A stretch of DNA of 64,000 nt from Balanoglossus misakiensis (lineage: Eukaryota > Animalia > Hemichordata), in assembly GCA_040954595.2 (NCBI GenBank), contig CM082576.2, positions 12,341,129 through 12,405,128 of the forward strand, given 5' to 3'. This document shows, piece after piece, positions 1 through 20,100 of the stretch; the first letter of the stretch is position 1, and each line of letters opens with the position of its first letter. The notes under the pieces were generated by a model. The model saw only the letters and a program-made list of their open reading frames with translations, ran no database searches and was not told the origin of the DNA. The position numbers and the translations under genes are program-made.

Positions 1-65
1 TCAACATGATCAAATATGAAAACTTTCAACCAGTGGTAAGACGAGAAAATATTGCACGATGTTGA

Positions 66-1820
66 ATGACAATGGCGCTTAGCTGCGACGTAGATACATA
101 TCACATCATTCGGAGCCACGCAGAGAATTTGGTACGTTTCATAAACGAGTATAAATGGATTTCCGAAGCCTACATCGTAGAATTCTTTGTGAGAGATCAC
201 TGGCAGTACATTCCAAGATCTTGGCAGGACGTGTTCCAAGACTTCGGCACAGAAGAAATGGCATCGCTTTTGTCAGGGCAACCCATGATGAATGGCGGTA
301 AAGTGTACTACCACAAGGTATGGCCGCTCTCGCTGCTGGCCTACCAGGCCGCGGCTCTCTCCCTGGCCCTGCCCAGAATGCTACGTGCTGAGGATGACAA
401 TGTTGACGAAGTGGAGCACATACTTAGGAAAACGAAGACGTCGTTTGAACCACTGCCTCACCATTATAGGCGACACGTCAAGCCCAAAAAGCAGTACGAG
501 ATATTCCGGCTTGCCAGACTCGTCAATCGAGCGTGCGCGGAGAGTTGCTGTCAGAACCTTGTGGACGTGGGTGCCGGGCTGGGACATTTGACCAGGCTGC
601 TGTCGTTTGGCTATGGCCTGCACGTGACAACAGTCGAAGCAGATGGATGCAACGTCAGCGGAGCCGTCAAGTTAGACAGTAAACTGAAGGAGTTCATCGA
701 AATCAAGAGTGTCGAGAACCCGACAAAGTTGAAAGGTGTACAACAGCCAGGTTCAGCATCCAATCATCAGCTGGTACCAAGTCATGTGATCTTTCGCATA
801 GGCGCAGACATTGGTGTTGATGACTTTTTAGATCTACTCCACGAGAATCGCGAGGCAGTGCTGACTGCTGCTGGTCCTGGGGGAGATGTCAGCCGCGTTG
901 TGGAGGGCGCAAAACAAAACGGGTCTGCTAAACGTGCTGACGAATCAACATCAGAGTCTGCAGCTAACACTCCACATGGTGAAGTGCAGAAGTCTGTCAC
1001 TGGTGACTCCAAGTCATTTGTCTTCGCAGGACTGCACACCTGTAGTGATTTAGCACCGACAATCTTGAGGGTGTTCACCAGATGTAAATCCGCCACGGCT
1101 CTGGTGTCAGTCGGCTGCTGTTACCAGAAAATGACGTGTCAGAACGCAATCCCCGCCAGGCAACCGTGTCATTTTGCAAACGGCAACAGTGAGACTGCAA
1201 ATGAACGTGAAACAGTATCAGTGCTTGACACAGGAAACCCAAGGACATCAGTCGGGGACAAAAACTTCGATCAACCTCTCGGCTATCCAATGAGCAGCTG
1301 GGTGAATGATCTTCCAAATCACGAACTGAACTACGAACCCAGAGAGCTGGCTTGCCATGCGGTTGATGTGTACATTCAGAGACTCCGAGACGGAGACCCA
1401 GATTTGATACTGCAGTGTTACAGGGCAATACTGGAAACAGTCATCCAGAAACAGGCCCCGGAACTAATCAAAAGACACGCCAGTATCAGAAACGTCAAAA
1501 GAGTGATGAAGAACCTCAAAAAACGGTCTGACACACCGCTCAACCAGTATTTATCAGAAGCTCTGAGCAAATTGGGATTGGAACAGATATCTGCGGCTGA
1601 ATCCATTGAACTTGAAAAGTTGCTGACAAGATGGAAACAGCTGGTGATATTCCACATCATCAGATTACTGACAGCGCCAGTCATAGAATCGCTTATTCTG
1701 ATTGACAGGATGCTGTACTTGTACGAGCAAGGCTGTGAAAGTCAGCTGATTCCAGTCTTCAATCCACAGGTGTCACCTAGGAATTTTGCCCTACTGTCCA
1801 AGAAGAGCCCACAGCACTGA
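66..1820 (+). CDS. METTL25B: Methyltransferase-like protein 25B (RRNAD1), SAM-dependent methyltransferase, 584 aa, single-exon ORF
   Basis: Uninterrupted ORF with in-frame TGA just before the ATG. Family motifs: VWPLSLLA, RHVKPKKQYEI, VDVGAGLGHL (SAM-binding motif I), GLHTCSDL, SVGCCY, PVIESLILIDR, FNPQVSPRN. AATAAA at 2075-2080. Confidence 0.9.
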   Translation: MTMALSCDVDTYHIIRSHAENLVRFINEYKWISEAYIVEFFVRDHWQYIPRSWQDVFQDFGTEEMASLLSGQPMMNGGKVYYHKVWPLSLLAYQAAALSLALPRMLRAEDDNVDEVEHILRKTKTSFEPLPHHYRRHVKPKKQYEIFRLARLVNRACAESCCQNLVDVGAGLGHLTRLLSFGYGLHVTTVEADGCNVSGAVKLDSKLKEFIEIKSVENPTKLKGVQQPGSASNHQLVPSHVIFRIGADIGVDDFLDLLHENREAVLTAAGPGGDVSRVVEGAKQNGSAKRADESTSESAANTPHGEVQKSVTGDSKSFVFAGLHTCSDLAPTILRVFTRCKSATALVSVGCCYQKMTCQNAIPARQPCHFANGNSETANERETVSVLDTGNPRTSVGDKNFDQPLGYPMSSWVNDLPNHELNYEPRELACHAVDVYIQRLRDGDPDLILQCYRAILETVIQKQAPELIKRHASIRNVKRVMKNLKKRSDTPLNQYLSEALSKLGLEQISAAESIELEKLLTRWKQLVIFHIIRLLTAPVIESLILIDRMLYLYEQGCESQLIPVFNPQVSPRNFALLSKKSPQH

Positions 1821-4638
1821 TGGAATTAGTGCGTCAAATTAATTGTAAAAAAAGTTTTTCATACAGTTACCACTTTGACTGTTAATATACTAATATACAA
1901 GTTTAAGATTTACTCAAGTTTATGTGCTTGCGTAATGTTTACTTTGTAATTTTAGCTGCATATGTAATATATTGTTGTTTTGATATGAATGTTTATATAC
2001 CAGATTTGTATGCCTTGTGCCAGTTATCATTTTACTGATGCACCAGCTATGTACCATTTTATTGATATGTGGAAAATAAATATATTGAATTCAAAGGTAA
2101 AGGAGTTTGGTTTATCTGCATTATATGAAGAAATCACGTAAAAATGCAAATCAGCATGCCTATATGCGTATCAGTTGGACATGTACTGGTATAAAATTCA
2201 TACCCTATCTTTATTAAGATTCACAAGTTGAGGGCGCTCTCATTTTGCCTCCCATTCTTCAAGCTTCCTCTATCATTGAAACATTTGGCGCAAAAGGGAC
2301 ACCATTGGTTCATGTGAATTAGTTTGACATAAATTTGAAAACAAAATCTTGTGTTTGAAGAGTGGTATTGATGAGTTCATGAGGAGTAATTATAGTTTTA
2401 GTACATAGTACAATAGAGATTCATCATGTCCAGCATGTCAGGATCTTGTTTACATAACTGAAAAGCACCTAAATGACAACATATTGCCATCACACAAACA
2501 CACCCACTTCAGTGAAGAAACACCAGAAATAAGTTTCAGAAATCAAGGACTTTATTTTGCTAAAAGACTTGCCACTAAAAATGTGAAGAGATTATAGAAC
2601 TCCGATAATATGGACATAATATTGAATACAACGTCAGAATAGTTTTCAAAATTTGTTTACATGTGTCTTTAAAAGAATTGTAATTCATCTATAGATATCC
2701 AATACAAAATGGATGTAAGGCTACAAAAATGTTTCAAAAGACTGCAACTGTCAATTTGGTACACAGCAGCCTTGATCATGGTCCACATAAGACAATCATT
2801 CTAATTTGAGCTGATTTTTAATTTGGTCATACCTGATCTTTTTGTGTAATTTTTATAAGTCTGAACTAACATTTTTACAAAGAAAAGTTCTGTTTCATGA
2901 TAATAAACACTGGATAATGGTTTCAGCCGAGATGAGCATTGTAAAAAAAATGTAACTGGTTTACTCTATATCACTACTACATCCCAAGGTGCAAACTCAT
3001 CTCTTCTTAGGTAGAGCAATATGGCTCAGTCGTCCTGGGTGCTGTGCCCCCCTTTGCCAGGCCATTTGGTGTCGGAGGTTTGAGTCCTACTAGATAATTG
3101 TATATCACTTGTAAATACATGCTTTGAAGAGATGTAGCTTTATCTCGACAAGAAAACTCAAGACGTTAGTCATTTACTGAAACCACTTGTTGGAGCCACT
3201 AAAATTGAAACAACAAATTTTAATGAAAGACATGCTTTCACTAATAAAGGGGAACACAATAAGAGTTTGTTTTTTGTTGGGTTTTTTTTGGGGGGGGGAT
3301 GAGATGTCAAAAGTGAATAGACACTTGTTAAACACACAATTGACAGAATAAAATTTGTTACACATCTGCAAACATTTCCACAACATTCAACAACACATGA
3401 TAAGCGAAGATCACATCAAGCAAAAGCCAGAAGCAAAAACTCTGCTTCCAAAAAAGTTTAAAAACTGTTGCATTTGGGGTAAGACGATTTCATAATATTA
3501 AAGGACACGAATGCCTCTGTAACCTTTCACTGCTGTACGGGGACATCCGTAGAAATTTGTCAGTTTTCAGTACAGACTTTGTCCTTGCAGACATTGTTGC
3601 AACAATGTTGTCAACAGTGTGAATGAGAATAGTCATCCAATTTTGCAAAGATAGAAGATATGACGACAGTTCTAGATCATTAATGGAGATAACTGTAAAT
3701 GTTTATGCAGAAAACCAATTCTCATCAAACTTATGGAACATTATATAATATTAAATGCATAAAACACCATAGCTTGATAAACATCATATCTATATGGGAT
3801 GGGATGTTTTGAAACTGTTGACAAGGTAGGCAGTTAAAATCGAATGATGTACTGTCACTGACTGAAATTGCAATTATTTATTTTCATGATTTTAATATGG
3901 AGCAGATCTTTCAATACATGATTCTTAATCATCGAAATTATAATGTTTATTTTTTTCAAAGTTGTTGTTTATTTGCAGCTTGATTCGTCTCTATATGCTT
4001 GTAGGGAGAAGGCAAAAAAAAACTGCTTTTCCTCCTCAAATAGAAGTTGTTGTCAATCATGATGCATGCTAACATCAGGCATGGTACTCTTATTCTACAT
4101 GTTGTCTATGTATCGCTCACATTGATAAAAAGTAAATGCATTCAGTCCAAAACAATAACAATCTCTCTCTACTTTAGTTCTATGTAACAATCTATGGCTT
4201 GAACACCATGCAGCCAACTTTTGAGATTGTGCGCATATTAACTACAGAATCCAACAGTCACAGGGGAATGTAGATAACATCTTTTTTTTTCAACTGCATG
4301 ATCATCACAACATCCTGAGAACATGCCCAAAATTTAGCATTGACATTCATTCTGCACCACTGACGTCCAAACAAAACTAAAGAGCTAAGAAAAAGGACTG
4401 CAATTCTGTTTTGTCTCCCAACTTTCTCCAGTTCTAAATTTAAAAGCAAAATTACAATGATTTTGTTGCTTAGCTACAGAATTGCAAGCTTTTAATACAC
4501 ATATTGCTTCCTACACCTACTATATGTTACAGTCTAGGTTTCACGGCCACTTTCCTCCAGTGCCTTTATAGCAACAGCGCCACCTAACACTCAAAATACA
4601 CAAACATCAACGACACAAAATTCTCTGGACGGCTTTCG

Positions 4639-12778
<8,140 letters not shown>

Positions 12779-13119
12779 ACAGTCAGGATGTATAGCACGC
12801 GAAAGTGCTACACACTCTAACCTTAGGAATGGTTTGAATATGAATCAGTTCAGGCGGCACCAGTTTCCGGCGAAAAAAAAACCACTCACGAATGCATAAT
12901 GGCTGCGGGCAGCGGTAAAGGAAATCGGACAGCGCAATACTCTGAAAATCGCCCCTACAAAAGTCTGTTACCGTGTAGATCGCGATGACTTGGTCCCGCT
13001 GTGTATTGTATGACGGTGATTTGTACTTACAGTCTTCCCTGGGAGCAGAGAATTGAATTATAAACAGAAAAGGGCAGGCTGTAATCACTGAAATGGGGAG
13101 TCAACAGTCATCATGGCGG

Positions 13120-13185
13120 ATGCAGATGACTCACATCGATACAGTGACGTCACTCAAGTGGGCTACCCTGATCACGTGCCATTTG
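13120..13185. promoter_or_regulatory. Likely presenilin proximal promoter motifs
   Basis: AP-1-like TGACTCA (~13127), palindromic CRE GTGACGTCAC (13144-13153) and E-box CACGTG (13173-13178) within ~60 bp, ~350-400 bp upstream of the ATG in a CpG-rich stretch. Confidence 0.45.
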
Positions 13186-14179
13186 CGGGATTCCCTTCAT
13201 TCAGCAGTGTTATCAGGCGTTATGAACTTGAAGCACACTGGCCTCTGCCTGGAAAACAAACTCCGCCTATTCTTCCTCCGACTTCGAGCACGATAATCCT
13301 TTATCATGTCCATTTTGATTATCCACGGGCCTTTTTAACAACTACTTTTTCATCTGTTAGGCCTATGTCTACATAAAGTATAGAGCGAGAGGAGTTCTCA
13401 GTGACATCCAGTCGTTTGACGTACAATGTACATCACTATTACGGAGAAAAAAAGTGCACAAAACAAAATTTTATTTCCTTATTTCCGAAATTACAAACAA
13501 GGAACTTTAGCCAACATTCCAGCGAAAATTTGCAAGTCCGTTCGCTGCGTAATTTATAACAATGTGGGTGATATGGTTGTCAAATTTTTGACAATGCAAA
13601 ATAAGCTGTACAATTCTTCATATAAGTTATAACGTCGCTCAAACTTGTGCAACATTATAAAGCGTCTCTGTAATTTACATTTTTGTATTACCACCCTACG
13701 TATCACAAAACAAATATTGAAAATGTTTATATATTCAAATTGAAACTTTTCACAAGTTATGAAAACATTTGTATGTACAGCGCCAGTCCTTAACGACTCC
13801 AATGGTAAACAAATTTCAATATCAAAATTAACACAAAAAGAGGCATTTGGTGGACATATTATCTTTCATTACAAGATACGTATAAACTCTAAAATGTTTG
13901 TTTTCTCGCCAGTTCAGATGAAACACTTCTCCAACACTCCTGGGTCAGCACAAGTGGTACTGAAATGTTTCCATGATATAAACACACTGCTTTCAGTGAT
14001 AAGAATTCAATTGTCTTCATAGAAATTTTACCAGGTTCATTTCGTCACCCGAGTGACCGTGTATTTTTTGCACGTGATATGTCAAATACACTTGTGTGTG
14101 TATACCCGAATAAATACAAGTATATCAATATAACAACTACAAATCCGTTACTATAAAATTTGCATTCACTAAAAACGTT

Positions 14180-17100
14180 CTAAACACTGGGTCGAGCGAG
14201 TGGCCAATCGTGGACCCAATTGGAGATGCTCGGATTCTCGGAGTCAAATGATTCTGAATCGGAATTAAGGGGCCTCCACCCTTTACACTTGAATACGGTA
14301 AATGCGATCAAAACGAAAACTATGGTGGCACAGGCAATGGCTCCGACTATAGATGCGATGAGAATGTTCCTTTGCTCTTCGTTCAGTTTCTTTGGAGAAC
14401 CTGAAAAAGACAACAAAAAGAAAACCGAATGTCACACTACTGTACTCAATAGTTAAGGTGGCAGTAGTTCTGAATTCTCCAGGGGACAATATTCTTACGA
14501 TTTGCCCTGTCTTTACCACGATAGCGGGTTTTTGACAATTTTACCACCGGTATAATCACGGTCACTACCGTGGTTTAATGCACAAAATCTCTAAACCCTA
14601 CTTCAGCATGGTAAATTGCAAAGAGACTTCACACAATGAATGTACATGTATTCCAAAACAAAGTTTAACATTCTACCAAGTATTATATTTCCCTCTCGTT
14701 CCATTTAGACTACTGCAGTTCGACATTTTAGAACAAGTGGCAATCAATTACCTAATTCAACCTCCCCCTCTTCAGCTTCTACGATTGTTGTTCCTTCTGG
14801 TGGCGTTGCTGGGACACTTAGACTTGTGGCTTCGACCTCCACTACGCCCATTCCATCTCCAGATACGTATTCGCCGCCACCCGACCCGTCTGCCGAGGAG
14901 ACACCTTCGTCTTCCTTGGTTGTGGTGCCACTGCCTTCTTCATTATCAAAGAACACCGTGCTCATGCGGCTCTCATCATCGAATGGCACGGGCAGCTCTG
15001 TTGCGCCCGTAACACCAAAGTCGTCACCCCCGAAGAACAGTCTGCCGTCCATGTCTTCGAGGGAAGGTATCTTGTCCACGGTCTGAAAATAGGCTTCAAA
15101 GCCATGCCCGTATCCGTATTTCGTCACAAGTATCAGCGTCATCTGATTGGACAGGGTGTGTATCGGTGGTGGCGCATTTCTTCCACAGAACAGCTTGGTC
15201 GACATTCCCTCGGAAACCACTTTCAGGTGGTCGTACAGTTCACTGCACTTTCCACCCGCCGCTCTGTAATCGATGTCCATCACTCGGATGACAAGCCGCA
15301 CAGATTTGTTGGGTTCAACCCTTATGTTCCACGTGCACTGCTCGTTCTCGGGGTAGGGTTCGGGAAAATTCCTGGACTGGATGATCCCGCTTGAACGTGT
15401 GAAGTTGTAGAGGCAAGGCGTCTTCTCTGCTTCCTCGCCTGTGCTGGCAGTGGTCAGAAACATGTTCTGTCGTGGCTTCTCAGTTTCACCTGCAGACACT
15501 TCCCGGTACCTTGCCTGAAATCCCGTTCCAATGCCGTGGCCGCTGACAAATTCTATTCGAAGATAGTTGCTTTCCGAGCTTATTTCAGCCTGGAAATCAC
15601 TACCGCAGATGAGAAGCCCTCCAGTTTCGTTGACTTGAATTTCCAGGTGATCGTAGTTTCTGTCGCACGCTCCGTCGGCTCCGTCATAATCCATGTCCAG
15701 GTGAAGAAATGTCAAGAGTATGGTGCTTTCCGGATCAACCCGGATGTTCCAGACGCAGTGGCTATTCTGTGGGTAGTTATTGGGGAAATTTGGTGATTCT
15801 ATAACGCCTTCTGGGCCCGTCAGTTCCCTTACAAAATCCAATTTTCTAGAAGGCAGCGCGGTAGTGGTCAAGGTTGGCAGTGTGACTCTTGTGGGGCTCC
15901 GTCCCGAGGGAGCGGGCGGTGTTGTCGTTGTTGTTGTTGTTGTTTGATCTCCGTATACAGCGCTGGGACTGACAGACGAGGACATTTGACCTTCCAAGGG
16001 CATCTCCTCTGGTGTCATGCTTGTAAAGATTCCCAAAAATCCAGTACCAAATCCATAATTGGTAACAAATTCTAATGCCATAATGTTTCCCTCGGAATAT
16101 ATTGGCCGAGGAACGTCATGTCCACATACGATGTATATATTGTCTTCGCCCGCATCAATTTTCAGGTGGTCGTACATTTCGTCGCATTCTCCATCGATTG
16201 GCATGTTATCGATATCAACAGACAACAAAGTGAAGGCGGTTGTTTTTCCTTCGGGTACCAAAATGGTCCAACTGCAGCGAATCATTGCTGGGTAGTAACC
16301 TGGGAAACGGGGAGATTTTATGATGCCATGATCTCTGGTGATGATGTCTCCACACGATTGTTCTCCTGTCGTCGCGGTAGTGATTGGTAATGGCTCTGGT
16401 TCAGTTACATCTTCCGGAACAGGTGAGCCAGCGGGTGCAGAAACTGCATAGTATACAAGTTGAAACCCAGTTCCAAATCCATTTCTTGAGACAAAGTCTA
16501 CAGTCACTTTGTTTGATGAGGTAGACAGGGTATCGGGAAGTTCTTCGCCGCACAAAATGACGCTGTCGTCAATTGTGGAAATCTTCAAGTGATCAAACTG
16601 TTCGTTACACGAGTCACTGTCGAGTCTATAATCCATATCCAAGGCGAGGAATCTGAGTGATATAGACTTTCCTCGGCCAACTTCGACCAGCCAACGGCAA
16701 CGGGTATACTGTGGATATGGCCCGGGAAATCCTGGCGACTCAATCAATCCTGTCGAGCTAGTCAGCGAAAAGGAACACTGGTCAGATGGTGTTGCTGCAG
16801 ATAGTGAAGTTGGTGTGGACAGGATGCTCGACACTCCCTCAGTTGAAACAAAATCGTCTGCTGTTTTTCCGGGCAGTATTTTCTGGACCGGAATTTCTTC
16901 TCTGTCGATTTCTTGGTACAATGCTTCGAAGCCGCTGCCGTAGCCATATTTGCTCGTGAATATCACATCTGCCCTGTTTCCACGCGTCTTGATGGTTGGT
17001 GGAATCGTGTCACCACAAAATCTTTGCGAGAGCTCTGCTTCACCATCACGTCCATATTGAATAATTTCCACGTTGTCGTACATCTCGTTACATTGGCCAT

Positions 17101-20100
17101 CCACAATGTAGGAGTCGACGTAGAAATACAAAAACTGCACACTTATAACTTTTCCAGCTGTAACTCGTATGTTCCACGAGCAAACCTTGTTGGAGGGGTA
17201 GGCATTTGGGAAATTCAGCGACTGTATTATTCCTTTGGGTTCTGATAGCGAAAACCTACAGGGGGCGTCCGCGCTAAGCTCTGGAGTGGTTGGAATTGGC
17301 TTGGTGCTTGCGTAAGTGGAGGCCGTCTTGCCTGGTCTCAACGTTGCAGCAATGTTTGAAAAGTCTATTGGTGCCATTCTTTCCCTGGGCGAAATTGCTT
17401 TATATGCAGCTTGAAATCCTGCACCCTCACCATATTCGGTACGAAACACAAGCCTCAATCTGTTCGTGTTACTGGTGAGTTGAGGAGGAATGGAGTTGCC
17501 GCAGTAAATGTGTCTCTGCTCCAGTGCGGTGCCAAAATTCAGGAATACTTGGACGTTGTCGTATAGTTCACTGCAAACACCATCAACGGGTCTCGAATCG
17601 ATGTCCATGTATAAGAACTTGAAAGCAATAACTTTGTCCGGAGCAACTGTTATGTCCCAGGTGCAGTGACTCAATTCATCATAGTTGTTAGGAAATCCCG
17701 GTGATTCTATAACCCCAGTTGCAGTTACCATTGTAAAGAAACGCTTCAGTTGTCCTTGACCGCTACCCGATTCCACGTCCATGTCTGTTGGCGTGGCCCT
17801 CTCGGTCCCTACACTTGTTACAGGCAAGTCACCAATCTTTGGAGTGAGCGTCATGGTATGAGGCAATGTCCCTTCAGATGAAGGAACAGTACTTTCACGA
17901 AGCATGTCTGTATTGACTGCTTCAGTGGCAGTGATTGGATTTGAAGATGTTGTTGCAGAAGAATGTGCAGCTGAAGTTGGGAACACCGTCTCATTTTCTG
18001 GAGCCATAGTCAGGTGTTTTGAAGAGGTGACTGCAGATTCTTCGAAAGGTGTGATGGTCCCAGTAGCATTCAATTTACTTTCAGCTATTAATTCAGTGCT
18101 CATGTGTACAGTTTCATTGTAGGCATCTTTTGATGATGTCATGAGGACTGCTGAGGTGGTCATATTACTAACATCTGTCGATGGTTCAGACAATGGTTCC
18201 GCACTGGCATTTGGCACAGTTGTAGGCATAGATGTCAGTTTCTGGAAACCAGTAGGCGTAACACGTTCCTTACTGGGCTGGATTGCATTTGTGTTCGTCC
18301 AGTTCAGTGGGTGGGAAATTTCGTCACCCAAAGAAGTGGCAACAATGGAAGCACTTGACACAATATCAGTGGACTTAGGAGGAATCTTCCAAGAAGTGGA
18401 GAATATCATTCCACTTGGTGTCTTGTTTCCTGTAGAGGATGAAACTGTTGTTGTTCCTTCGGGAAAACTGGAAGGTAGGGCTCGAGACGTTTCAATGGTT
18501 CTGTCAGAGGCCACTGATTGACTACTTGACGGTTTATGCACTGTTTCTGTCGATGAACCAAATGTTTCAGGTGTAGTGTGTTGTCCTCCCGTTGGCAGGT
18601 AGGGTTTCTGCATAAGAGAATACAATGTTGGTTTTCTCGTTGATAATGGAATGGCGGAGTTGGTGGAATGCAATACCCTTGTAGACATTGATGGAGTGTC
18701 ATTCACCATTGTTCCTTCACTTTCTCTTTCAGTGGAGGCCATATTGGTCGAAGTCGCCGCCACAGATTGCATTGTGGTTGGAGGAGCATCCAAATCATGT
18801 TCTCCTGTAGTATCATTCATTGTGGATCTCAAAATGGCGTCTTGTGGCTTCGGAGTACTTGTAACCCTTGGTTCCACGTTTGTATTATACCTGCTCACAA
18901 ATTGAGAGGAGGGTGGTGAAGTTGCAAAATCCGGGTTCCCAGCATCAGAATCCATTGTGGTTGCTAGCTCTGATCTCTCTGCGTTAGTAGTTGTTGCAGT
19001 TACTGGTTCGACACTTGTACTGTGGGCATCTTCAGAAATGTCTGATCTTGGCGAAATCCTTGTTGCAGTTGATATTGTTTCAACTCGTGGTCCCTCTGTA
19101 ATGGTAGTCTTTGGCCAGACGGTTTTGTTCTGCGCATCTCCCATAGTCACTGCTGGTGTAGAGGAAAGCTGTATTCCTGGCGAGGTGGCTGTGACCTGTG
19201 GTTTTTCCATAGTAGTAGTTATGGCTTCCATGGTTGTTTTACGATACTCTTCCAAAGTCTCGGATGGCAATGACAAAAGTTTAGATGATGCCGCAGTTGT
19301 TACAACATATGGCATTTCTGAAGTGGGGGTCCTCAGCGTAACACCCGAGCTATGGCGGCTATCGTCCAAAGTCTCTGCTTGTGGTGAAGAAAGTGGTCTT
19401 GAAGTTGAAGTAGATGTGGTTTGGTGTTTCTCCATTATGGTAGTTATTGGTTCAACACTTGTGTCATGTCCATCTCCTAAAGTTTCAGATGGTGTGCGTT
19501 TACTCTGAACTGTTGATGATGAAGTTCCGGTCGGTCGGTCGTCTGCAGGAGTTGTTATTGGTTTTACAGCTGTTGTGTTATCCTTGTCAAAAGTATCTGA
19601 TGATGTTGGCATAAATAATGCATCAGTCTGTGTTTTCTCCGAAGTGGTGTTCATTGGCTGCGGAGTTGTGTTATGGCCACCAGAGGTTGGTTCTGAAAAT
19701 GTAGATGAAACATCTGGAGCCTCCGATGTCTTCATGGCAGTGGTCATTGGTTGTGTGGAGGTATCATGAGCACCGTCAAAAGTCTCTGATGATACAGGCG
19801 AATGCCGTGTGGACTGAGGGGTGGTGGAAACCAACAAGATCTCTACAACTGTAGTGCTTGGTTCAGGAGTTTCATTTCCTTCTTGTGTTTTTGATGATAC
19901 AGGGAAAGGCATTGTATACGATGCGGCAGTTGAAATCTTTGATTTCTCCATTGTGGCTTCCAGTGGTTCAACTGTTGTATCTTGGCCACTACCTGAAGTC
20001 TGTGACATCATTGACACAAATGATATTGGTGGAATGGTTGCAGTCTGTGTTGTTTCCTTCTCAACGTCAGTCAATGGTTCCTCGATGGTAGTGTGGACAT

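Noticed and set aside
14180-14194. C-terminal RPSV as a PDZ-binding motif
   Set aside because: Position -2 is Pro, which does not fit the class I S/T-x-V pattern.
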